From the IMG/VR virus record IMGVR_UViG_3300045988_092861, positions 1-64,000 of that record: DNA of 64,000 bases. One strand, written 5' to 3'. A program made the position numbers and the translations under genes. Under the pieces are notes generated by a model. It saw only the letters and a program-made list of their open reading frames with translations. It made no database searches and had not been told where the DNA came from. This document shows, piece after piece, positions 1-7,378 of the stretch; the stretch's first letter is position 1; each line of letters begins with the position of its first letter. The DNA is from a virus.

Positions 1-60
1 GGAAAGAGGGGGATTCGAACCCCCGATTCCCTTTAGGGGAATACACGCTTTCCAGATGTG
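1..60 (-). tRNA. 3' part (anticodon arm to acceptor 3' strand) of a long-variable-arm tRNA-Ser(GGA). An att-core remnant, not an intact gene.
   Basis: The reverse complement reads CTGGAAA (loop, anticodon GGA = bases 51-53), ATTCCC/GGGAAT variable arm, GGGGG-TTCGAAT-CCCCC T-arm (8-24) and TCTTTCC acceptor strand (1-7). No D-arm or GGAAAGA 5' strand occurs in 61-110. Confidence 0.75.
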
Positions 61-202
61 AAGCTTTTCGATATAACTATCTTAGCTTCAATTAATTACA
101 GAGACCCGATTTTTAATTTGCAAGCTATTTGCAAGCACACTGTTTTTTCGAGTAATACAATATGCAGAAATATTAATTATATTTAAATATACCCGCATAT
201 AT

Positions 203-233
203 TTTGATATATCGTTTTTTTCATCTATCTTTG
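203..233 (+). promoter_or_regulatory. Promoter for the xis-like gene
   Basis: TTTG (203-206), N19, TATCTTTG (226-233). The -33 lies inside palindrome ATATAT-TTTG-ATATAT (197-212). Confidence 0.55.
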
Positions 234-305
234 CATTTGAATTTATAACATAGTGCAAAGATATAAAGAAATACCTTATCATATCGCACATTTAAACTAT
301 TTAAC

Positions 306-500
306 ATGGTAACTTCAATCCAACCAGACATAAGACCAACTGCTCGATATACTATATCAGAGACATGTGAATTACTGGGCATACATAGAAACACCCTCCG
401 CTCCTATGTGAATGCTGGGTATATAAAGACCATGCAAAAAGTTCACGGAAAACGTTTTAAGGGTTCAGAGATTCTTCGGTTTTGGAATACCTTTGTGTAA
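306..500 (+). CDS. Excisionase-like / MerR-type small HTH protein
   Basis: 64 aa. YTISETCELLGIHRNTLRSYVNAGYI resembles Xis/AlpA-type HTH. It is the first gene after the att remnant. Confidence 0.6.
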   Translation: MVTSIQPDIRPTARYTISETCELLGIHRNTLRSYVNAGYIKTMQKVHGKRFKGSEILRFWNTFV

Positions 501-753
501 ACATAGGCCCGGTGCCAAGCAATAGCCATTCGCATGACACCCCATATTTCTCAGCAAGATAAGCAAGGTATTCTACACGGAAAGTCCGCTTATCCCTATT
601 ATGTTTTAGAGTATTCATGTTTCCGTAGTTCAATCCGAACTCTTTTGTAAATGTCTGTAGCCCTTTTATTCTTCTTTGGTCTTTAAGAATATCAAGTGCC
701 TTGAAGAACCTGTTGCTTATATCCAGGGCACGATCGGGAATATTCAACTTCAT
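457..753 (-). CDS. CI-type phage repressor-like HTH protein
   Basis: 98 aa. C-terminal VEYLAYLAEKYGVSCEWLLLGTGPMF resembles the CI-repressor HTH family. ATGA overlap with the upstream XRE gene. Confidence 0.6.
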   Translation of the reverse strand: MKLNIPDRALDISNRFFKALDILKDQRRIKGLQTFTKEFGLNYGNMNTLKHNRDKRTFRVEYLAYLAEKYGVSCEWLLLGTGPMFTQRYSKTEESLNP

Positions 754-1127
754 TTCAATGCCATTTTTTCAAGTAAGTCCATGAGACGTGCATTGATTTC
801 ATCCTGCCTCTCAACATGCTTTGCTATTGTCTCAGTCTGCTTCTTGATAATTTCAATCAAATCCGTATCACTTTGAATGCCGTTATTCTGATTACCAGAA
901 CCATTATTTACGCTATTCTCTGCATTAACGAACTGTGTTAGTTCTACCTCGAATGCTTTGACATTTTCCTCACCGAACTTATCGTATAATTTCTTGAATT
1001 GAGCCGGTGTAGGGTCAATACCTTCAGTTTCGTATCTTGAAATGTTTGATTGAGATAATCCCATAATTTCTGCTAATTGAGACTGAAACAGCCCATGAGC
1101 TCTTCTAAATTCTTTATATTTAAACAT
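750..1127 (-). CDS. XRE-family HTH regulator (switch repressor candidate)
   Basis: QSQLAEIMGLSQSNISRYETEG is a classic HTH_3 motif. Divergent from the cro-like gene. Confidence 0.7.
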   Translation of the reverse strand: MFKYKEFRRAHGLFQSQLAEIMGLSQSNISRYETEGIDPTPAQFKKLYDKFGEENVKAFEVELTQFVNAENSVNNGSGNQNNGIQSDTDLIEIIKKQTETIAKHVERQDEINARLMDLLEKMALK

Positions 1128-1170
1128 ATTTGTGTATATTTGTTAAATTTGACTAAATTCGCTCGATATA

Positions 1171-1202
1171 TTTGCATATATCGGAATATATTTGTATCTT
1201 TG
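1171..1202 (+). promoter_or_regulatory. Rightward early promoter
   Basis: TTTG (1171-1174), N20, TATCTTTG (1195-1202). Palindrome CGATATAT-TTGC-ATATATCG (1164-1183) covers the -33. Confidence 0.6.
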
Positions 1203-1224
1203 CATAAAGATATAAAACATAATG

Positions 1225-1255
1225 CAAAGATAATGGAAAATATTAAAACATCAAA
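1225..1255 (-). promoter_or_regulatory. Leftward promoter for the XRE/CI operon
   Basis: On the minus strand: TTTG (plus-strand CAAA 1252-1255), N19, TATCTTTG (plus-strand CAAAGATA 1225-1232). It faces the rightward promoter. Confidence 0.5.
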
Positions 1256-1487
1256 CACTTTTGAGGAAAAATCTCAAAAAATAACCTTAAAAGGTTATTA
1301 TCAGGGATTACCTAAGAGAAGCGCCCCTCGGTATGACTTTATTACAGAGGTAGCCAGACTCTGTAAGGTTACCGAGCAGACAGTTAGGAATTGGGTTCTA
1401 TACGGTGTGAAGCCACAGCAGCACATTCATATAGAAATACTGTGTAAGCTAACAGGCATTAGCGAGGAGGATTTATGGAAGGATTAG
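1233..1487 (+). CDS. Cro-like small HTH regulator
   Basis: Track ORF 1077-1487 trimmed to the first ATG downstream of the promoter. FITEVARLCKVTEQTVRNWVLYG is HTH-like. Confidence 0.55.
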   Translation: MENIKTSNTFEEKSQKITLKGYYQGLPKRSAPRYDFITEVARLCKVTEQTVRNWVLYGVKPQQHIHIEILCKLTGISEEDLWKD

Positions 1488-2038
1488 AGTTTTATATGTT
1501 CGAAGATGAGCTATGGTGTAAGACCTCAGATGGAAAGAATTTCATCGTCGATGAGTCTCATACAGATTTGGTGAAATACATTTTGGAAAAGGTTCGTGCT
1601 TGCTATCCCGAAGCATACAATGCACTGGAGAAGATTTATGCCAAGAGTGCCCCTAACGAAAGTTACTATCAATATCTTATGATGCGTCGGTTTTGCAAAT
1701 GCAACTTTTGCCGACTCGACACTACAGCTTTTGATGTCGTTGATGTTGACAAGGATGGGAAGTTCAACTTCGAGAAGGTCGTGTGCCCCATGCGTGGTGA
1801 GTGTCCTTATGAAGGTATCGTATGTATGCCAAGGTTTAATGCTAATCTTTCTACTGCGGAGTTGCGTGTGATGAAACTGCTTTATGAGGGACGAAGCGAG
1901 CAAGAGGCAGCAGCTGAACTATTCAACTCTCCAAACACGATACACCAACACGTCAAGTCTGTGTATGTAAAACTAGGAATACATAAGCTCTCTGAGTTTA
2001 TCACCTATGCGAATAAGAACAATTTGTTTAACAATTAA
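1475..2038 (+). CDS. LuxR/GerE-type HTH regulator with Cys-rich N-terminal domain
   Basis: C-terminus LSTAELRVMKLLYEGRSEQEAAAELFNSPNTIHQHVKSVYVKLG. The N-terminal half has 8 Cys (FCKCNFC...CPMRGECPYEGIVC). Confidence 0.65.
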   Translation: MEGLEFYMFEDELWCKTSDGKNFIVDESHTDLVKYILEKVRACYPEAYNALEKIYAKSAPNESYYQYLMMRRFCKCNFCRLDTTAFDVVDVDKDGKFNFEKVVCPMRGECPYEGIVCMPRFNANLSTAELRVMKLLYEGRSEQEAAAELFNSPNTIHQHVKSVYVKLGIHKLSEFITYANKNNLFNN

Positions 2039-2048
2039 ATATTAGTTT

Positions 2049-2999
2049 ATGCCAATTATTAGAAAGAATGACGTTGTTACAGAGCGTCCAGTGATTATTG
2101 TACTTTATGGTACTCCAGGTACAGGAAAGACATCTTTGGCTACTACAGCCGACAGTCCATTGCTTATTGATACAGACCGCGGCTTCGACCGTGCCGTTCA
2201 GCGTCCAGACATTGTTGTTACAGCATCACGTTGGGAAGACATCTACAATGCTGAGGTTATCGGCTCTTATGTTGTTGAGGACGGTAAGCAGGTCTGGAAA
2301 CCAGGATTGATCAGTGAGTGCAAGACCATCGTTGTAGATACTGCCAAGGCTATGCTTGATGATTACCTTAATGCTTTCGCTATCCAGCAGGACCCTAAGC
2401 TTGGAACTAACTCATTGAAGCGATATGGTGTGATGGGAGAATTGTTCAAGCAGTTTGTCGGCATTCTCCGTTCAAACAATTCAGACATCATCTTCATCTG
2501 TCACGACAAGGAGACACAGGAGGGAGACTACATCAAGCATTCTCCAGACTGTACAGGACAGAGTAAGGACTTGCTCATCCGTATTGCGGACCAGGTAGGT
2601 TACATCTGCAAGGAGAACGGCAATCGTGTCATCAAGTTCGAGCCACAGGACAATCGTGTTGGTAAGAATGTTGCAGACCTGCAGGATACTTGGATTCCAT
2701 CTTACGGAACAGAGGAGTTTGACACTTGCATGGCAGACATCATCAAGAAGGTGAAGATAGCAATCGTGAATAAGTCAGATGCTCAGGCCAAGGCACAGGA
2801 AGCTGTGGATGATGCTCGCAAGAAACTTGCAGCCGTAGAAACGGTAGATGATGCAAATGCTCTCATCGAGGTTGCACACGGACTGAATAAGATTCATCAG
2901 AAGGCGTTTATGAACCAGATGATCAAGGAGCTTGCCGCCAAAGGCATTGACTTTGACAAGAAAGGCAAGAAGTTCGTCAAGCACGAGGATGCAGCATGA
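2049..2999 (+). CDS. AAA_24 / Sak4-like RecA-fold ATPase
   Basis: Walker A IIVLYGTPGTGKTSLA followed by LLIDTDRG, and Walker B-like IVVDT. Confidence 0.7.
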   Translation: MPIIRKNDVVTERPVIIVLYGTPGTGKTSLATTADSPLLIDTDRGFDRAVQRPDIVVTASRWEDIYNAEVIGSYVVEDGKQVWKPGLISECKTIVVDTAKAMLDDYLNAFAIQQDPKLGTNSLKRYGVMGELFKQFVGILRSNNSDIIFICHDKETQEGDYIKHSPDCTGQSKDLLIRIADQVGYICKENGNRVIKFEPQDNRVGKNVADLQDTWIPSYGTEEFDTCMADIIKKVKIAIVNKSDAQAKAQEAVDDARKKLAAVETVDDANALIEVAHGLNKIHQKAFMNQMIKELAAKGIDFDKKGKKFVKHEDAA

Positions 3000-3733
3000 T
3001 GAAGCCTTTGATTAGAGTTACCCAGTTAGAAAGCTTTAGACAATATATGTCGGGCGAATACTCTTATGTTACAGAGCAGGACGTTATAGACAATATCACT
3101 AAGAAGTTTGAGGGCAACGATTACACAAGAATAGGAACTGCCTTTCACTCCATAGTGGAGACTGGCAGTCCCCATTGCTTCAAGGAGCCGGAAGGTGTTC
3201 GTCATTTCACCTATTATAAGAAAGATAAGACTGAACCAGTTCCGAAAGGAAGAAGATTCGTCTTTGATGAAGGCGAGGCGATTCTCGATATTCCACAATG
3301 CAAGGTAGCCTTGAAATACAGGAATGAGCACCTTGGCGCCTTTCATGAGGTTCGTGAATACAAGGATTTCGGCGATGCCGTTATTACGGGATGTGCCGAT
3401 ATGATTGACGGACTAGAGATAAGAGACATCAAGACTAAGTACGGACCGATATCAGACAAAGAGTATATAGATAGTTGCCAATGGCAGCTTTACCTGGAGT
3501 TGTTTGAAGCTGATGTGTTCCATTTTGACTTATTTGTCTTTGAGGGCTACGATAAGGATAAGCACAAGGGAGACGTGAGAGGTCTAAAGCTTACTCCTTA
3601 TGAGCCAGCAATTACTTGTTACAGATACCCAGAGATGGAAGACAAAAACCACGCATTATTGCGTGACTTCCTTAAATGGGTAGAAATGAGAGAATTATTA
3701 CCATATTTACCATTAACAGAATCAGATGGCTAA
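2996..3733 (+). CDS. PD-(D/E)XK (RecB-like) exonuclease
   Basis: GCADMIDGLEIRDIKTK gives a D...E-x-K core, followed by QWQLYLE. Confidence 0.6.
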   Translation: MMKPLIRVTQLESFRQYMSGEYSYVTEQDVIDNITKKFEGNDYTRIGTAFHSIVETGSPHCFKEPEGVRHFTYYKKDKTEPVPKGRRFVFDEGEAILDIPQCKVALKYRNEHLGAFHEVREYKDFGDAVITGCADMIDGLEIRDIKTKYGPISDKEYIDSCQWQLYLELFEADVFHFDLFVFEGYDKDKHKGDVRGLKLTPYEPAITCYRYPEMEDKNHALLRDFLKWVEMRELLPYLPLTESDG

Positions 3734-3926
3734 TACAATGACAGGAAGGGTATTGCTCATCGGAAATACCGAAGAGATACCAAGCAAGAACGGTGGAGAA
3801 CCGTTCAAAAAGAGAGTGGTAGTACTGAACTGCACCCATTCGGATTTCGGACAAGTGTATGAGAACTACCCAAGTTTCGAGTTCAGCGGAAAGCAGTCGG
3901 GTCAAAATGATGACTTGCCATTCTAA
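3726..3926 (+). CDS. 66-aa half-OB (DUF3127-like) protein ending in the SSB-type tip DDLPF
   Basis: TGRVLLIGNTEEIPSKNGGEPFKKRVVVL resembles the DUF3127 N-terminus. The C-terminus is QNDDLPF*. Confidence 0.45.
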   Translation: MANTMTGRVLLIGNTEEIPSKNGGEPFKKRVVVLNCTHSDFGQVYENYPSFEFSGKQSGQNDDLPF

Positions 3927-3928
3927 TT

Positions 3929-4384
3929 ATGATTTTCAATCTCAACAATGAAAAGGACAGGGCAGACTATAAGGACTATTGTAATGGTCTTTACACGGAT
4001 GCCTTGAAAAGTGGAAAGGGTTTTATCGTGGAGGTGAAGAAAAAGCATCGTCCACGTTCCCTTGCCCAAAACAGCTATCTGCACGTTTGCCTTCAGTATT
4101 TCGCATCAGAGTTCGGCTACGATAAGGAATATGTGAAGTATAACATTTTCAAGCAGATAGTAAACAGAGAAATCTTTGCTAAGCAGAGAACTAACAGAAG
4201 AGGACAGCCTGTAACCTATTGGAGAAGCACGGCTGATCTTGACACAAAAGAATTAACAGACGCTATCGAGAAGTTTCGGAACTATTCAAGTATGGTTGCA
4301 GGGTTGTATATACCCGAGCCAAACGAAGAAGCAGCCTTGCTTGAAGCTCAGAAACAGATAGCATTATATGAAAAATATTTATAA
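3929..4384 (+). CDS. NinB/Orf-like recombination mediator (tentative)
   Basis: HRPRSLAQNSYLHVCL resembles the RS..QN motif of the NinB family. Located in the recombination module. Confidence 0.4.
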   Translation: MIFNLNNEKDRADYKDYCNGLYTDALKSGKGFIVEVKKKHRPRSLAQNSYLHVCLQYFASEFGYDKEYVKYNIFKQIVNREIFAKQRTNRRGQPVTYWRSTADLDTKELTDAIEKFRNYSSMVAGLYIPEPNEEAALLEAQKQIALYEKYL

Positions 4385-4386
4385 TT

Positions 4387-5070
4387 ATGAAATCAGATTT
4401 GAAGAATTATGTTCCAGAGAACATTGAGTTTGTATTGGAGGACGGTGTAAAAGACATGTTCCCAATGGAGTTGGACTTCCTTGCTTTGACCGAGGAAAAT
4501 CTTTGCGGAGAGAAGCCTTTGAAAAACAAGGCTGATATCCTTAAATTTGTCAGAAAGCACTTCACCGCTACATTCCCAGACAATGAGTTGGTTACCCGTT
4601 TCCTCGATGAGTTCGAGAAGAAGAACATCAGAGAGGAGTATTGCACACTCGAAGAGAACGTGGTGCCAGCCCGCAAGTTGGAGTTGGAGGAGGCTTTGGA
4701 AAAAGCCAAGAAGATGAAGAAGGACGCAGAAGAGGCTTACGCTTCTGTCCTCATGGAAGTAGCTAAGTATGCAGCAGAAGTACGTCGGGGAACTGTTGAT
4801 ATGCGCCTTAAGTCGAAGAACGTGTTCTGTATTGCATTGGCAGGTTACTATCTCGTATATAATTGGGATGCAAATACCGAGAAGTTCTTACTCGCAAAGG
4901 CTTACACTATCCCTGACCGCTCAGAGATTTGGGCCAATGAGGTCAAGAATCGTGAAAGCATGAAAGAGGTCTTCGGATTGGAGTTCCCAGAGGTAGAGCA
5001 GGGAAAAGAAGAGGTTCCATCAGAGCAGTCTTCAGATGATGACGATGATGATTTACCATTTGGCGAGTAA
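4387..5070 (+). CDS. Hypothetical recombination-module protein with SSB-like acidic tail
   Basis: 227 aa. C-terminus SSDDDDDDLPFGE*. No family recognised for the body. Confidence 0.5.
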   Translation: MKSDLKNYVPENIEFVLEDGVKDMFPMELDFLALTEENLCGEKPLKNKADILKFVRKHFTATFPDNELVTRFLDEFEKKNIREEYCTLEENVVPARKLELEEALEKAKKMKKDAEEAYASVLMEVAKYAAEVRRGTVDMRLKSKNVFCIALAGYYLVYNWDANTEKFLLAKAYTIPDRSEIWANEVKNRESMKEVFGLEFPEVEQGKEEVPSEQSSDDDDDDLPFGE

Positions 5071-6245
5071 TGGAATACACTCTTAGAAATTATCAAAAGC
5101 AAGCCAGTGATGCAGCCGTAAGACTGTTCACTGGCAAGGCTGATAAGAATGGACTGATTATCTTGCCTACGGGCGCAGGAAAGAGTTTGGTGATAGCAGA
5201 TATCGCCTCTCGTCTGGAAGGGCCGCTATTAGTCTTTCAGCCAAGTAAAGAAATATTACAACAGAACTTCGCCAAACTACAGAGCTATGGAATATTCGAT
5301 TGCGGTTGCTATAGTGCTTCCGTGGGATGCAAGGATATAAACAGAATAACCTTTGCCACCATCGGAAGTGTCATGAACCATATGTCAGACTTCGATTGTT
5401 TCAAGAATATCATCATCGATGAATGTCATTATGTAAACTCTAAAGCTGGGCAGTACAAGCAGTTCATAGAAGCGAAGAACAGACAGGTTGTTGGATTAAC
5501 AGCCACGCCATACCGTCTTGATCGTACAGAAGGAGGTTCCATCTTGAAGTTCCTTACGAGAGTACGTCCAAGGATTTTCTCAAAAGTTATCTACTGCTGC
5601 CAAATTGGAGAATTGCTTTCTAAAGGTTATCTCGCAGATTTGCATTATTATGATTTGACGGCATTGGATTTAAGAAGAGTAAGAAGCAATTCCACAGGTG
5701 CAGACTATGATGAAAGAAGTCTTCTTGCAGAATATGAGCGTTGCGGATTCTATGATAAGCTATCAAATACAGTAGTCAAGGTTCTGCAGCCTAAAAGCGG
5801 CATACCAAGAAAGGGAGTACTTGTATTTACCGCTTTCACAAAGGAGGCCAGGCAGTTGGTTGATAAGCTTCAATCCATCGGAGTCAATTCGGCTATCGTA
5901 ACAGGAGAAACACCTAAAAAGGAGCGTGAAGCCATTCTTGAAGGATTTAAGAGGAGAGAGATAAAGGTGGTTGCCAATGTTGGTGTATTGACTACTGGAT
6001 TCGATTATCCAGCCCTAGACACCGTTGTTTTGGCACGCCCGACAAAATCTCTCGGGCTATACTATCAGATGGTAGGCCGTGCAATCAGACCATTTGACGG
6101 CAAAGATGGGTGGATAGTTGACTTGTCGGGCAATTATAGTCGGTTTGGAAATGTCGCAGACCTCTTTATTAGCAGACCTCCAGGAACCACGAAATGGGCG
6201 GTGTATTCCAGAGGGACACAATTAACTAATGTTGTATTAAAATAA
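5070..6245 (+). CDS. SF2 DEAD/DEAH-type DNA helicase
   Basis: Motif I LPTGAGKS, motif II DECH, motif III TATP, motif VI QMVGRAIR. Confidence 0.8.
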   Translation: MEYTLRNYQKQASDAAVRLFTGKADKNGLIILPTGAGKSLVIADIASRLEGPLLVFQPSKEILQQNFAKLQSYGIFDCGCYSASVGCKDINRITFATIGSVMNHMSDFDCFKNIIIDECHYVNSKAGQYKQFIEAKNRQVVGLTATPYRLDRTEGGSILKFLTRVRPRIFSKVIYCCQIGELLSKGYLADLHYYDLTALDLRRVRSNSTGADYDERSLLAEYERCGFYDKLSNTVVKVLQPKSGIPRKGVLVFTAFTKEARQLVDKLQSIGVNSAIVTGETPKKEREAILEGFKRREIKVVANVGVLTTGFDYPALDTVVLARPTKSLGLYYQMVGRAIRPFDGKDGWIVDLSGNYSRFGNVADLFISRPPGTTKWAVYSRGTQLTNVVLK

Positions 6246-6252
6246 AAAAGAT

Positions 6253-6720
6253 ATGTTTCCATTTTATAAGAAAAAGAAGAAATCTCCTTCTGCTCCCAAA
6301 AAGAGAAAGAAGAGTAAGCCTGATTTGGTCAAGAGACTAGACAAGGTGTTTGCATTGTATATACGTCTGAGAGACTGCATGCCAAGCGGCATGGGACAAT
6401 GTATCAGCTGCGGAAAGATAAAGCCGTACCGAGAGCTTGATTGCGGTCATTTCTTCGGACGTTCCAACATGGCCACCCGATTTGATGAAGATAACTGCAA
6501 CGCAGAATGTATCGGGTGTAACAGAGTGAAGTCAGACCATCTTATATACTATCAGGAGAATCTAATAAAGAAGATTGGTGTTTCCCGATTTTCCACCCTT
6601 CGAGAGCGTGCCCACTCTATCAAGAAATGGGATGACGACGAGTTAGAGAAAATGATCAAGTATTACACAAATGAAGTAAAAAGATTGAGTCATGAAAAAG
6701 GTATTTCTGTTAATCTGTAA
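6253..6720 (+). CDS. NinG/Rap-like recombination endonuclease
   Basis: FALYIRLRD...CISCGK...CGHF..R...RFDEDNCNAECIGCN, laid out as in the lambda NinG family. Confidence 0.7.
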   Translation: MFPFYKKKKKSPSAPKKRKKSKPDLVKRLDKVFALYIRLRDCMPSGMGQCISCGKIKPYRELDCGHFFGRSNMATRFDEDNCNAECIGCNRVKSDHLIYYQENLIKKIGVSRFSTLRERAHSIKKWDDDELEKMIKYYTNEVKRLSHEKGISVNL

Positions 6721-7011
6721 AAAATATAAGTCCCCAGTGTTTCGCAACACCGAGGACTTGAACCAATTAAAATCCTATAAAGATTATACTTTAAAGGGAT
6801 TTGTTTGCAAAGGTAATGAATTATTTTCAAATTGCCAAACAAACCTCACAAAAAAAGCCCGCTCACCAGCAGGCTAAAGAGAAAACCACCATATAATATT
6901 CTTTACAAATATACATGGAAGAAACTTATTGCAAAGGTACAATAAAATATCGAAATATCCAAATATATATCTGGATATATTTTGGTGTTTTTGAATATTT
7001 AACTTAATTAT

Positions 7012-7043
7012 TTTGCATATATCAAGATAAATTAGTACTTTTG
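7012..7043 (+). promoter_or_regulatory. Promoter for the replication operon
   Basis: TTTG (7012-7015), N20, TACTTTTG (7036-7043). Confidence 0.5.
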
Positions 7044-7087
7044 CCTTAAGAGAAAGCCGAATATAAATTATAAAAATAATACACAAT

Positions 7088-7378
7088 ATGGAATTAACAG
7101 AATATCTTAAAAAAATTAAAGGAAGTGAGGGTTACAGAATATTCTTGACAGGCCTGAACAAACAGTTCAAGTCAGCAGGGGTGCTGTATCGTGAGTTTAA
7201 GATTTTGGAGAGAATGACAACTATCGCTTTAAAGATTATTCATTTTGTTCATAGCTTTACCCCAAACAGCACAGAGCCGTTTACGGCAAGTTACAAAACC
7301 GAAGTTGCTTCTTTGGCTGATTGTATCAATCGAGGAAGAGTTTGCTTTATCAAGAATGAGGACTTGAACCAATTATGA
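7088..7378 (+). CDS. Hypothetical protein
   Basis: 96-aa ORF behind the promoter. ATGA overlap with the next gene. Confidence 0.5.
   Translation: MELTEYLKKIKGSEGYRIFLTGLNKQFKSAGVLYREFKILERMTTIALKIIHFVHSFTPNSTEPFTASYKTEVASLADCINRGRVCFIKNEDLNQL

Noticed and set aside
88-291. 67-aa minus-strand ORF next to the att remnant.
   Set aside because: It spans the promoter/operator region of the xis-like gene, is AT-rich with an Ile/Asn/Lys-biased translation, and has no upstream promoter.
1077-1232. N-terminal extension of the cro-like ORF (track start 1077).
   Set aside because: It would be translated from sequence upstream of, and including, its own promoter (1171-1202). The start was trimmed to ATG 1233.
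6692-6877. 61-aa ORF after ninG.
   Set aside because: It overlaps the decayed leader relic. Its EDLNQL similarity to the end of 7088-7378 is explained by the shared DNA element GAGGACTTGAACCAATTA, not by protein homology.
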